A stretch of 64,000 bases of DNA from a virus, in IMG/VR virus record IMGVR_UViG_3300022752_000021, one strand, 5' to 3'. The translations under genes were made by a program, and so were the position numbers. Each line of letters begins with the position of its first letter. Position 1 is the first letter of the stretch. This document shows, piece after piece, positions 8,300 to 16,532 of the stretch. The notes beneath the pieces are model-generated. The model was not told where the DNA came from. It ran no database searches and worked only from the letters and a program-made list of their open reading frames with translations.

Positions 8300-8925
8300 A
8301 GACACTAATCGCAGCAGCATTTATCACAACGGCAGCACACGGAACTGGGACGCTCTGCACCTTTGAGAACCTTCCTGCTCCAACAACTCCTAGTATGAGT
8401 TCCGCTACCACGGGATTCTATTGGGATTACCTCTCCTCATATGAGGGATTCCACTTCACAAGTTCATCCTCCCAAGGCAACTTTCAATGGGGATACTACG
8501 ATCTCGTTGGTGGTGGGGGATACGCAGGATACGATGAGGGAATCATCGGGGATCGTGCTTTGTTTACCCCGTGGGGTTCTGAGCAGAACAAGAACTACCG
8601 CATTCGTCGTGATGATCTTTGGATTCTCAACAGCATTGAAGTCACATCAGTTTGGAATTCGACCGCAGTAGTTATAGAGGGATACCGATACGGAGAGGGT
8701 GTGTTTACTTATACTACACAACTCACAGCAGCACAGCGGGTAAAACTAAACATCTCCTCTGGATATCCTGGTCCGCTTAACAACATTACAGAGATCAAAA
8801 TCTACACCAATACATTTAGTTCTCATCTCGCTATCGACAATCTCAACTACACGGTGGTTCCTGCACCATCGGCACTTGCCCTGCTTGCGATTGCTGGTAT
8901 TTCAACTAATCGACGGAGGAAGTAA
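8296..8925 (+). CDS. Secreted protein with PEP-CTERM-type (exosortase) sorting signal
   Basis: Signal peptide MKTLIAAAFITTAAHG; C-terminus VVPAPSALALLAIAGISTNRRRK. Confidence 0.8.
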   Translation: MKTLIAAAFITTAAHGTGTLCTFENLPAPTTPSMSSATTGFYWDYLSSYEGFHFTSSSSQGNFQWGYYDLVGGGGYAGYDEGIIGDRALFTPWGSEQNKNYRIRRDDLWILNSIEVTSVWNSTAVVIEGYRYGEGVFTYTTQLTAAQRVKLNISSGYPGPLNNITEIKIYTNTFSSHLAIDNLNYTVVPAPSALALLAIAGISTNRRRK

Positions 8926-9027
8926 AATGCTTGATCTCATAACCATTGGTTTCTTTATTATCGCCTTCGTATTTGTCTTAGTAGATCTTCGTTTGCGCCG
9001 ACTTGAAAGTAAACAGGGAAAGTAGAA

Positions 9028-9414
9028 ATGATGAAACTCGCAACAATTTTAGCATCCGCTTGTGTTGGAATCGTGGCAGAACCACCGATCCTTCCTTTCA
9101 CAGAAATCAGTGATCAAAAACTCATGACCATGATGCAACACATGGTTGCGGCAGATGAAATCACAACCCAAGATTTCAATGTTGCTCTTCAACTTGAGCA
9201 TATTCGGTGGAAGTATACCGAAATGCGGACTATATTCTACGACACAGCAAAACAATCAGCGGATGGGTCTGTGATCTTCACAAAGGATCTAGGTAAGATC
9301 TTTGATGCCATTGATACTGATTTGGAGAAGCAACGCGAAAAGGCTCTTCAAGAAATTAAGAAGCGTAAGAATGAACAAGAGCAAAAGAAAACTCCTGTTG
9401 GGAATGAAGTATGA
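9028..9414 (+). CDS. Hypothetical exported protein
   Basis: N-terminal hydrophobic segment. Confidence 0.5.
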   Translation: MMKLATILASACVGIVAEPPILPFTEISDQKLMTMMQHMVAADEITTQDFNVALQLEHIRWKYTEMRTIFYDTAKQSADGSVIFTKDLGKIFDAIDTDLEKQREKALQEIKKRKNEQEQKKTPVGNEV

Positions 9415-9579
9415 AAGACATTGCCTATGAACTTCGCGTTCTGAGCAAGAGGCAAGATCTGCCACCGGATGTAATTCGTACAATTTCAGAGGCGTATGCT
9501 GAGATTGTGGAACTTCGCAGTCAAGTAAGCAAATACGCTCTGGAAGCGATCACTCGTTTCGATGAAGAGAATGGGCTTA

Positions 9580-9587
9580 TATAAATA
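9580..9587 (+). promoter_or_regulatory. T4-type late promoter TATAAATA
   Basis: Exact consensus 23 nt upstream of the CDS at 9611. Confidence 0.8.
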
Positions 9588-9610
9588 CCTCCATACAGGA
9601 GGACTTTTCC

Positions 9611-10144
9611 ATGAAGTCGTATAGAGAGTTCATTTCAGAGGCAGCAAGCCGTTCCCTTTCCCGTCTACACGGTCATATTCAGAGTGGTCATATGGTGGGT
9701 TTCATCTCAGCAAGCCGTGGGAATCTTTCTCCTGCCGAGAATAATAAGAGGACGAAGGAACTCAGGACAAGCCTCAAGCAGCATGGATATAGTCCCATCC
9801 CTGTAAAGGGTGAGTACATCGAAGACCACAATGGAGAGAAGAAGAAGGTGAAGGAGAAGACCTTCATGATTCACTCTGGTCAACTACCCCTCCGCTCAAA
9901 GAAGGCAGTAGAAGATCATGCAACGCTTCTTAGTGATCTCAAGAAGCATGGGGAGAAGTATGGTCAGGACACTGTTCTCACCGTCTCCAAGAAGCATGGC
10001 AGCGTGTTCCATGGAACTGGCAAGTCTGATTGGGTTCCAAAGGGTAAGAGAGCGCGTATCGGTGGTGCTGGTATCAGTACCAATGTTGGTGACTTCAATA
10101 CACGATTGAAGCGCAAGAAGTTCATAGTAGGTGGAGGTGCTTAA
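9611..10144 (+). CDS. Putative internal head protein with capsid-targeting leader
   Basis: MKSYREFISEA matches the T4 IP leader pattern; body GFISASRG...ENNKR...KYGQDTVL conserved in T4-like phages. Confidence 0.7.
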   Translation: MKSYREFISEAASRSLSRLHGHIQSGHMVGFISASRGNLSPAENNKRTKELRTSLKQHGYSPIPVKGEYIEDHNGEKKKVKEKTFMIHSGQLPLRSKKAVEDHATLLSDLKKHGEKYGQDTVLTVSKKHGSVFHGTGKSDWVPKGKRARIGGAGISTNVGDFNTRLKRKKFIVGGGA

Positions 10145-10353
10145 TGAGTGGTTTTTTTTCGAAATGGATAGAGAGTTACTTTCAAGGAAAGCGCATATTC
10201 GACAAGAGTCTATTTCGCATGACTGCGAATGAACGAATTGCGAAATATGGAATTGATAAGGTTGCTGAACTTCAAACTATGAGTCCAGCAAAGAGAGTCG
10301 AGATCTACGGAGAGGATTTTGAACAATATCTCTCCTCTGCCAAGAACGCATAA
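10144..10353 (+). CDS. Hypothetical protein
   Basis: TAATG coupling. Confidence 0.5.
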   Translation: MSGFFSKWIESYFQGKRIFDKSLFRMTANERIAKYGIDKVAELQTMSPAKRVEIYGEDFEQYLSSAKNA

Positions 10354-10409
10354 GATTCAGAATCAAATAAACGAAAGTAAGATTCTTTTCGATTCGCGTT
10401 CAAAGAGTA

Positions 10410-10437
10410 TTGACAGCAGAAGATTCCGCGATATACT
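10410..10437 (+). promoter_or_regulatory. Sigma70-like promoter TTGACA-N16-TATACT
   Basis: Consensus match upstream of 10526. Confidence 0.6.
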
Positions 10438-10525
10438 TGTAGCACAACAGTTGAGGAACGCACGGGACTGCGGTGCGAACTCCTCTTTCAAAAGTGAAGC
10501 AGTCAATGTTTAGGAGTGTATAGTT

Positions 10526-10819
10526 ATGGCAACTGCAACCAAGACTCGTTCGACCCGTCCGCTCACCAAGACCCGTCAGGTCATCAATCATCTCCGTTCA
10601 GGTAAGCCAATCACCGCGGATCGCGCACTCAACAAGTTTGGTGTGAAGAACCTTCGTGCGATGATTTCTAGCATTCGCGAAGAGTTTGAGAAGTACGGCA
10701 ACTGGCAAATCACGACAACTCAGAACAACCGTGGTGAGACTGTCTACAACATGATCGACACTCACCCTGGTCAGCGCGTCTACGGCTTTGACGCTCAAGG
10801 CAATCGCTTCCGTCTTTGA
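10526..10819 (+). CDS. Winged helix-turn-helix protein
   Basis: VINHLRSGKPITADRALNKFGVKNLRAMISSIR. Confidence 0.7.
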   Translation: MATATKTRSTRPLTKTRQVINHLRSGKPITADRALNKFGVKNLRAMISSIREEFEKYGNWQITTTQNNRGETVYNMIDTHPGQRVYGFDAQGNRFRL

Positions 10820-10953
10820 CTAAGACAGTTGCGTGATTGACTAGACAATCACATCGGTGTTTGAATTCAGAATATTATTATTTGTCCGCGTGGGAACGGC
10901 AGTCGGGGTCAGCGGATGCTCCGATACTAGAAGTCTAGATCTAGACTAGAACG

Positions 10954-10990
10954 ACGGCAGGGGGTAACTCCCCCTGCCGTTCCCTTTTTA
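10954..10990 (+). terminator. Intrinsic terminator
   Basis: ACGGCAGGGGG/CCCCCTGCCGT hairpin followed by a U-tract. Confidence 0.75.
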
Positions 10991-11002
10991 TGGAGAGACT
11001 GC

Positions 11003-11140
11003 ATGGAAAACAGACGGCACAGCGCAGGAAAGGGTGATTCGTATCGCCCCGTAGATCAGAAGAAGTGGGCAGAGAATTGGGACAGAATCTTCGGTAAGAA
11101 GAAATCGAAGAGAAAGACCTCCCCCAAGAAGCCGAAGTAG
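11003..11140 (+). CDS. Small conserved phage protein
   Basis: AGKGDSYRPVDQKKWAENWDRIF; GGAG RBS. Confidence 0.6.
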   Translation: MENRRHSAGKGDSYRPVDQKKWAENWDRIFGKKKSKRKTSPKKPK

Positions 11141-11146
11141 AATCCT

Positions 11147-11605
11147 TCATTTCGGGTGATCGAACAGCCAATGGCAATTTGGGCATAAAATAAGCAGATT
11201 TTCGTCTGCGTTTATTTCCGACAACATTGTCTTTGGATCAAACTCTGATATTGGTTTTCGATGACAAACCTCAACATGCTTATCCCAACCACACTGCTCA
11301 CAAGATTTTGTTTTTGTGGCTTTTGGGGTTGCTCTTGCTCTGCTTCTAACCAGAGCATATGCAGAGGATCGGTGATGTTTTGTGTATATGGCTTCTTCTA
11401 AAGTCATATCTTTCATAAATCTGTTTTCCACAAAGCATTTTTTGCAGTATTTTCTACTGCTACGCAACGGACATCCGCACGAATGACAACTTCCTTCAAC
11501 CGCTCTTTTGATGTGTATCTTATTGTTGGTTGAAGCGGCACATGAACGAGAACAAAACTTTGGATTGTTTGTTTCTTTTCCACAAGCGATACAAATCTTT
11601 GACAT
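11147..11605 (-). CDS. HNH homing endonuclease (paralog 3)
   Basis: NNPKFCSRSCAA; CEQCGWDKHVEVCHRKP...LCPNCHWLFDH; GGAGG RBS before MSKICIAC. Confidence 0.85.
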   Translation of the reverse strand: MSKICIACGKETNNPKFCSRSCAASTNNKIHIKRAVEGSCHSCGCPLRSSRKYCKKCFVENRFMKDMTLEEAIYTKHHRSSAYALVRSRARATPKATKTKSCEQCGWDKHVEVCHRKPISEFDPKTMLSEINADENLLILCPNCHWLFDHPK

Positions 11606-11663
11606 GAGACGAACCTCCGTTAGACTACATATATAGTCGAAACGAAAGTTCAACTCACAAATT

Positions 11664-11739
11664 GCCCGTGTACCGGCACCGCCTTCTAAGCGGTAGAACC
11701 GTAACTGGATCGATGCAGGTTCGACCCCTGCCACGGGTG
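11664..11739 (+). tRNA. tRNA-Arg(UCU)-like gene lacking a D-arm, with enlarged variable region
   Basis: Acceptor GCCCGTG/CACGGGT; ACCGC-CTTCTAA-GCGGT; GCAGG-TTCGACC-CCTGC; only TACCGGC between acceptor and anticodon stems. Confidence 0.7.
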
Positions 11740-11742
11740 CTT

Positions 11743-11925
11743 ATGGCAGACATTCAACAACTCATAGATCGACTGCAAACTGCAAGAGACGAAGTTAGTA
11801 ATCCCCGCGCAAAGATGCATGAATACACAAGCGAGGATCTTGAAACTCTCTTGGTTGATGTCATCTTCGCCCTTCAAGAGAAGACAGAAATTCATTTTGA
11901 GAACTTGACTCAAGGAGCCGATTGA
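11743..11925 (+). CDS. Hypothetical protein
   Basis: MADIQQLIDRLQ... immediately after the tRNA. Confidence 0.5.
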   Translation: MADIQQLIDRLQTARDEVSNPRAKMHEYTSEDLETLLVDVIFALQEKTEIHFENLTQGAD

Positions 11926-11926
11926 A

Positions 11927-12199
11927 ATGTCCACAATGAAGACTCTCAACTCTCGCTATGGCGACTCTCGTAAGATCACAGACAATGGTCATGGTGTGTG
12001 GACCATCGAAGGAAAAGCACATTACTACCGCGTTGGAATGAATGGTGACAACACAAAGATCGGATACTTCGATCCTGAAGGTGGACCATTCATTTCTGTT
12101 GGTAGCGACTATGGTTTCGGCAAGATTGGCGAAATCATCGTTGAAAATACTGAAGAGGGCAACTTCAAAATTCGTGTTGAAGTTGATGATTCGAATTGA
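11927..12199 (+). CDS. Conserved phage hypothetical protein
   Basis: SRYGDSR...FDPEGGPFI; AAGGAG RBS. Confidence 0.65.
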   Translation: MSTMKTLNSRYGDSRKITDNGHGVWTIEGKAHYYRVGMNGDNTKIGYFDPEGGPFISVGSDYGFGKIGEIIVENTEEGNFKIRVEVDDSN

Positions 12200-12376
12200 C
12201 ACTATTGGCGTTCTGACGAAAACGCGGTCTTGACAAGAGATGCTCTTGCGTAAAACGGTCTGTACTAGTAATCGACCGACAAAGTAAGGTAGATGGTGTA
12301 ATCCATCATAGTGTCATCATTCATAGGTCGAGTGAATCGACCACAAGAGGCTTGCAAAAGCCTCTTGTTTTGTTTC
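12197..12376 (+). ncRNA. Candidate multi-stem structured RNA ending in an intrinsic terminator
   Basis: Closing helix TGACACTAT/ATAGTGTCA encloses four hairpins; then GGTCGA/TCGACC and ACAAGAGGCTT/AAGCCTCTTGT plus U-tract. Confidence 0.5.
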
Positions 12377-12408
12377 AGAACTCTAAATATTCATAGGAGG
12401 ACTGAAAC

Positions 12409-12645
12409 ATGGCAAAAAATCTCAACAAGAAGTCCGCTAGAGAAGCAGATGAATATTTTCTATGCACACATGTGAACTCCGAAGGCTATCAATATGAACT
12501 TTTGCTCACCAAGAGCGAGTTTGATAATGGAGTTGCGCGAGCATTACGCAATCCCGAAGACATTCCTGTGAATTTCATAGTGTTGCAAGGTATCAAGGAC
12601 GAAACGAAGTACCCTTGCCCATGTCGCAAAGACGACAAATTGTGA
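12409..12645 (+). CDS. Hypothetical protein
   Basis: CTAAATA late-type promoter, AGGAGG RBS. Confidence 0.6.
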   Translation: MAKNLNKKSAREADEYFLCTHVNSEGYQYELLLTKSEFDNGVARALRNPEDIPVNFIVLQGIKDETKYPCPCRKDDKL

Positions 12646-12765
12646 AATTTCAAGTGTAAAATGCATATTTGAGCGAAAAAAATCAGTTTTTGGTCATTTT
12701 TCCGAACTATTCGGAAAGAATTTTCACTTTTTTTGGTTTTTTCGCCCATCAGACTCATTAGGGGC

Positions 12766-12793
12766 TTGCATTCTGACGATTTACTGTCATACT
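12766..12793 (+). promoter_or_regulatory. Early sigma70-like promoter with A/T-tract upstream region
   Basis: TTGCAT-N16-CATACT with TG extension; ATG 6 nt after the -10 box. Confidence 0.55.
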
Positions 12794-12799
12794 ACCTAC

Positions 12800-13072
12800 A
12801 TGAGCAACTTCCAAGGTGACATCGAACTTGAACGTCTCGCAAACGATTCCATGCAGGATTGGGGCGATGACTTCGACCCCGAAACCGTGGAGCAAGTGGA
12901 GCAACACGTCATGGAGGAGCATGACGAAGCGCAACGCGATTACCCCGAACGATTCAATTCGCGCGAAGAATGGGATGCCTACAACGAAGAATGCGACCGC
13001 CACGATCTTGAACGGGCGCATCTCAAGGGTAATGACATCGACTTCGGTGATCTTTTCGATCTTTCCTTTTGA
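12800..13072 (+). CDS. Small acidic early protein
   Basis: D/E-rich 90 aa; first gene after the promoter. Confidence 0.6.
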   Translation: MSNFQGDIELERLANDSMQDWGDDFDPETVEQVEQHVMEEHDEAQRDYPERFNSREEWDAYNEECDRHDLERAHLKGNDIDFGDLFDLSF

Positions 13073-13097
13073 GAATCCAAACACAGGAGTTTTCACC

Positions 13098-13403
13098 ATG
13101 AGCAAGACCAAGACTGCAAAGAAGTCCGTCCGCACCAAGGTTTCCGTCAAGGTGACGAAGACCGCAGAGCCGTCGCTGATTTTCGACAAGCCAGGTCCAC
13201 AGACTCACACACGCGAACAGGCAGACGCACGAATTCGTGATCTTCGCGCGAAGGTGAGCAAGATGTACGCAGACGGAAAGTTCAAGTCTTCGATGGCTAT
13301 GACCGTTCCGCTCACACACATCGACAATGCAACCTACTACAAAATGTGCGGATGTTTTGACCGCGCGATTGACATCTGCGACAACTGTGATTCGAATCTC
13401 TGA
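13098..13403 (+). CDS. Hypothetical protein
   Basis: AGGAG RBS before MSKTKTAKK. Confidence 0.6.
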   Translation: MSKTKTAKKSVRTKVSVKVTKTAEPSLIFDKPGPQTHTREQADARIRDLRAKVSKMYADGKFKSSMAMTVPLTHIDNATYYKMCGCFDRAIDICDNCDSNL

Positions 13404-13424
13404 ACAAACAAGGAGAAACACACA

Positions 13425-13862
13425 ATGAACAACGAGAACAACAACATCACAATCGAAATGCAGCACCCCGAACTCGACCTCGACATTGTGGATCGTTTGC
13501 TTACCAAACCTCCACTACACATCCTCACGAACATGGATCTCGTAAAGGCAGCGGACGAGATCCGTGTTCTTCGCGCAATGCAGACTGCGTATCAGATTGA
13601 GATTCAGAAAATCTTTGAGGAGAATACCAAACTCAAGGGCGAGGCAAAGGAACTCCACAATATGGTGGATGATCTTTCGGGTTGGGTTGCAGGGGTCGAA
13701 GCGGACAACGATACGCTCCGCAAGGACATTGCTCGACTCAAGGAAGAGCGTGATTTGGCACGGCGTGAGATTTGCCGATGGGAGGCATCCGCCACGGGTA
13801 AGCGAATCACGGAATGTGCCAAGTTGAACGAATGGGACTGCTTCAAGGAGGAATCCAAGTGA
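13425..13862 (+). CDS. ERDxARR/GWDC family paralog
   Basis: AADEIR...ERDLARREIC...EWDCFKEESK. Confidence 0.7.
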   Translation: MNNENNNITIEMQHPELDLDIVDRLLTKPPLHILTNMDLVKAADEIRVLRAMQTAYQIEIQKIFEENTKLKGEAKELHNMVDDLSGWVAGVEADNDTLRKDIARLKEERDLARREICRWEASATGKRITECAKLNEWDCFKEESK

Positions 13863-13870
13863 GCAACGAA
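13833..13870 (+). repeat. 38-bp gene-junction repeat, copy 1 (copy 2 at 15329-15366)
   Basis: TGGGACTGCTTCAAGGAGGAATCCAAGTGAG[C/T]AACGAA. Confidence 0.9.
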
Positions 13871-14086
13871 GAGCGCGAATGGGAAGAACTAATAGGCAAG
13901 CGGCTACTGCTGACGGACATAATCACAAGAATCCAACGCAATGAATGGACGCTGCTAGAACTAAATTCAAACGGCAGGATTGGAAAGTTCCGCAACGAAC
14001 TTGCCAACACCTGTTTTTGGACTGACCTTGATGATCTCGTCGTGATGGATGTGCTTCCCGAAATGTACAAGCAGGAAACCAAGTGA
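13859..14086 (+). CDS. Hypothetical protein
   Basis: GTG start in CAAGTGA overlap. Confidence 0.55.
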   Translation: MSNEEREWEELIGKRLLLTDIITRIQRNEWTLLELNSNGRIGKFRNELANTCFWTDLDDLVVMDVLPEMYKQETK

Positions 14087-14457
14087 CCACACACATTCTC
14101 AACATCTTGCTTGGGCTTTCCACAGTCGGATTCGTCGTGGTGTCCTTGCTCTACATGATTCACTTGCATGACACCAAGTGGAAACTCTTGAGCAAGGACA
14201 ACAAGATTCGTCATCTTGAATCCGAGTTGCGCCACTACAGCAGTCTCTACTTTTCGGGATGTGCTTGCAAGAAGAACCACGCACACACCGAGGAAGCGGA
14301 TAGCAGCAAGACCAATGAGAAGCCCAGCAGCGGATGGTTTTCGTCCCTGTTGAAAATGGGTGTCTTGGCGGCGATTGCCTACCTTGCCTATTTCCTGTAC
14401 AAGAAGTACAAGCAACGCTCAAAGTCCGTTCCCATCACAGCAGAAGTCATCAACTGA
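14083..14457 (+). CDS. Membrane protein with 2 TM segments
   Basis: GTGA overlap; two hydrophobic segments. Confidence 0.6.
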   Translation: MTTHILNILLGLSTVGFVVVSLLYMIHLHDTKWKLLSKDNKIRHLESELRHYSSLYFSGCACKKNHAHTEEADSSKTNEKPSSGWFSSLLKMGVLAAIAYLAYFLYKKYKQRSKSVPITAEVIN

Positions 14458-14477
14458 AACACAGAAAGGAGAAAGCC

Positions 14478-14579
14478 ATGAATAACTTTTGGAAGTACAT
14501 CAAAGCCGCAGCCATCGTTGCTGGAGTGTCAATGGTGGCATACTACGGCTACAAGAAGATCCGCAAGATGTTTGCTTGA
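14478..14579 (+). CDS. Small membrane peptide
   Basis: AAGGAG RBS; MNNFWKYIKAAAIVAGVSMVAYYGYKK. Confidence 0.55.
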   Translation: MNNFWKYIKAAAIVAGVSMVAYYGYKKIRKMFA

Positions 14580-14604
14580 CAGCACACCATTTACCTGCTA
14601 TACT
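14576..14604 (+). promoter_or_regulatory. Sigma70-like promoter TTGACA-N17-TATACT
   Basis: Consensus match. Confidence 0.7.
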
Positions 14605-14625
14605 CTAACAACAAGGAGACTGACA

Positions 14626-14907
14626 ATGACTAAGACTGCAACAAAGAACAAGACCAACAAGACCGTTACCACAAGTGCATCTGACCTCTACGACATCGCA
14701 AAGACGATGGAGGGTCTGTTCGCAAAGATTACTAAACTCAACAACAATGTCTCGTCACGCTCCATCAGCGGTCGTGATATTGAGAAGGTATGTGATGACA
14801 TCTCAGAGGAGATGGGTGAGGCATTCGACACCCTGAAGACCATCCTCATTCAGAATGAAGTTGTCAGCGGGCCTTCCTACCCCCTCACTCTGCCCAAGAA
14901 GATTTGA
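14626..14907 (+). CDS. Hypothetical protein
   Basis: AAGGAG RBS before MTKTATK. Confidence 0.6.
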   Translation: MTKTATKNKTNKTVTTSASDLYDIAKTMEGLFAKITKLNNNVSSRSISGRDIEKVCDDISEEMGEAFDTLKTILIQNEVVSGPSYPLTLPKKI

Positions 14908-14924
14908 TAACAAGGAGAACAACA

Positions 14925-15098
14925 ATGACTGACACAATCGCCATGACACTCGCACAGAAGTCCGACCGCATCCTCTCCCAAACGCGGGGCTTGAGCGGAG
15001 CGACACCGAACGCCACGCAACTCATCGAGGAACTGCGGTGGGCGTTGGAGGAGAACATGAAGGAAGTGCAGCGGCTACGGAAGGAGGACGGCAAGTGA
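14925..15098 (+). CDS. Hypothetical protein
   Basis: AAGGAG RBS; ends in GGAGGACGGCAAGTGA junction. Confidence 0.55.
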   Translation: MTDTIAMTLAQKSDRILSQTRGLSGATPNATQLIEELRWALEENMKEVQRLRKEDGK

Positions 15099-15358
15099 AA
15101 GACACAGACATCATTGCGGCGATTGCTCCTGACGCGGTATCGCTGATGGACAAGGCAATCGCAGAGATCAAGCGACTTCGGCAGGAGAACGCAACCCTCA
15201 CCGCCGAGCGCGACCATGCGAGGCGGATGTATTGCAAAGCCGTTGCCGATCACTATGAATATGCGTGCAACGCAGAACTTGATGGTGCTGGCCCTTACAC
15301 GCAGAAGGATGCAGCAAAGGATGAAGGTTGGGACTGCTTCAAGGAGGAATCCAAGTGA
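15095..15358 (+). CDS. ERDxARR/GWDC family paralog
   Basis: AIAEIKRLR...ERDHARRMYC...EGWDCFKEESK. Confidence 0.7.
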   Translation: MKDTDIIAAIAPDAVSLMDKAIAEIKRLRQENATLTAERDHARRMYCKAVADHYEYACNAELDGAGPYTQKDAAKDEGWDCFKEESK

Positions 15359-15636
15359 GTAACGAATACGCAAAGTTTCTTCGTGATTTTGCGGATGCGA
15401 ACATTGACTCGTTTGAGGATGAGCAACTTCATATGCTCCGCAATGCGGCCCGTGAGATCGAAAACCTGATCGAAGAACGCGACTCCGCACGATGGGAAGT
15501 CTGTGAACTTTCGGGAAATGGATCAATCGACTCCGCATCACGGGTGGCAGAGGAGCGTGGATGGGATATCACCGAAGAGGATGATGGCGAAGCCAACGCC
15601 AACAACAATCTGTTCCGTTCGACCGACATGTCCTGA
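15355..15636 (+). CDS. ERDxARR family paralog
   Basis: AAREIENLIEERDSARWEVC...RGWD. Confidence 0.65.
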   Translation: MSNEYAKFLRDFADANIDSFEDEQLHMLRNAAREIENLIEERDSARWEVCELSGNGSIDSASRVAEERGWDITEEDDGEANANNNLFRSTDMS

Positions 15637-15653
15637 GACAAGGAAAACACACA

Positions 15654-15974
15654 ATGAACAACGATAACAACAACACCATCACCGCACAAGAGAACATCAA
15701 CAACCTCGACCTCCTTGGCAAGACCATCATGGGCTTTTACACGTCGGGCAAGAGCATTGATCCTGTGACTGCTTCTCTTCTTGTAGTCCTTGTTGCGGAT
15801 TGTCGTGTGTACTCGACCGCGCGTGATGCGGATCGTCTCAACGACATCGGCAGCGACATCATCAAGAAAGTTTTCGAAGAAGTGAATCCTTCAAGCAACG
15901 AAGAAACCAATTCTGTTTCTGACGTTGCAGACTCCATCATCGCTGATCTTCGCAAGAGTGGCATCAACCTTTGA
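15654..15974 (+). CDS. Hypothetical protein
   Basis: AAACACACAATG start motif. Confidence 0.6.
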   Translation: MNNDNNNTITAQENINNLDLLGKTIMGFYTSGKSIDPVTASLLVVLVADCRVYSTARDADRLNDIGSDIIKKVFEEVNPSSNEETNSVSDVADSIIADLRKSGINL

Positions 15975-15985
15975 GAAAACACACA

Positions 15986-16411
15986 ATGAACTTCGCAAAC
16001 TACACACTCACAACGATTCTCGCTTTCACTGTTGCAACAGCGGGTGTTGCTGTTCCACCACCAGCAAATTTCAACCCCGACGAAATTCTTACTGCGATTC
16101 GAAAAGTTGAAACAGGTGGATGCAAAGATCCAAGCAACGCAGTTGGTGATGGTGGCAAGGCAATCGGTCCTTTGCAAATTCACTATTCGTATTGGAAAGA
16201 TGCAGTTGAGTTCGATCCTTCCATCGGTGGCAAGTACTCAGATTGCAAGAGCGAAGCCTACGCGAGAAAGATTGTGATCGCGTACTGGACTCGCTACGCA
16301 CCGAATTGGTCATTTGAAACGCTCTCGCGTGTACATAATGGCGGTCCAAAAGGTCACAAAAAGACCTCAACTCTGGATTATTGGCGGAAAGTGCAGAAAA
16401 AACTCGACTAA
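15986..16411 (+). CDS. Exported lysozyme-like/transglycosylase protein
   Basis: Signal peptide; AIRKVET...GDGGKAIGPLQI...YWKDA...HNGGP. Confidence 0.7.
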   Translation: MNFANYTLTTILAFTVATAGVAVPPPANFNPDEILTAIRKVETGGCKDPSNAVGDGGKAIGPLQIHYSYWKDAVEFDPSIGGKYSDCKSEAYARKIVIAYWTRYAPNWSFETLSRVHNGGPKGHKKTSTLDYWRKVQKKLD

Positions 16412-16430
16412 AACCACGGTTGGTTCCTCC

Positions 16431-16457
16431 GTAAGTCTTTATAAGACCTAGACTTAC
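16431..16457. promoter_or_regulatory. Spaced palindrome GTAAGTC-N13-GACTTAC
   Basis: Same geometry recurs at 23402-23427 and 23471-23497. Confidence 0.6.
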
Positions 16458-16497
16458 AGAAATCTGAACTTTTTTGACCAATTTTCGTCTGACCCCG

Positions 16498-16526
16498 TAG
16501 ACAAACAAGCCAAAGTATCAGATACT
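16498..16526 (+). promoter_or_regulatory. Sigma70-like promoter TAGACA-N17-GATACT
   Basis: ATG 6 nt downstream and no SD. Confidence 0.55.
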
Positions 16527-16532
16527 TATGGC

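Noticed and set aside
11678-11694. Amber suppressor (CUA) reading of the D-arm-less tRNA, implying stop-codon recoding
   Set aside because: The perfect 5-bp stem centres TCT, and long genes translate intact with the standard code
12213-12260. Hammerhead ribozyme (CTGACGA)
   Set aside because: No correctly placed GAAA after a stem II; kept only as a generic ncRNA candidate
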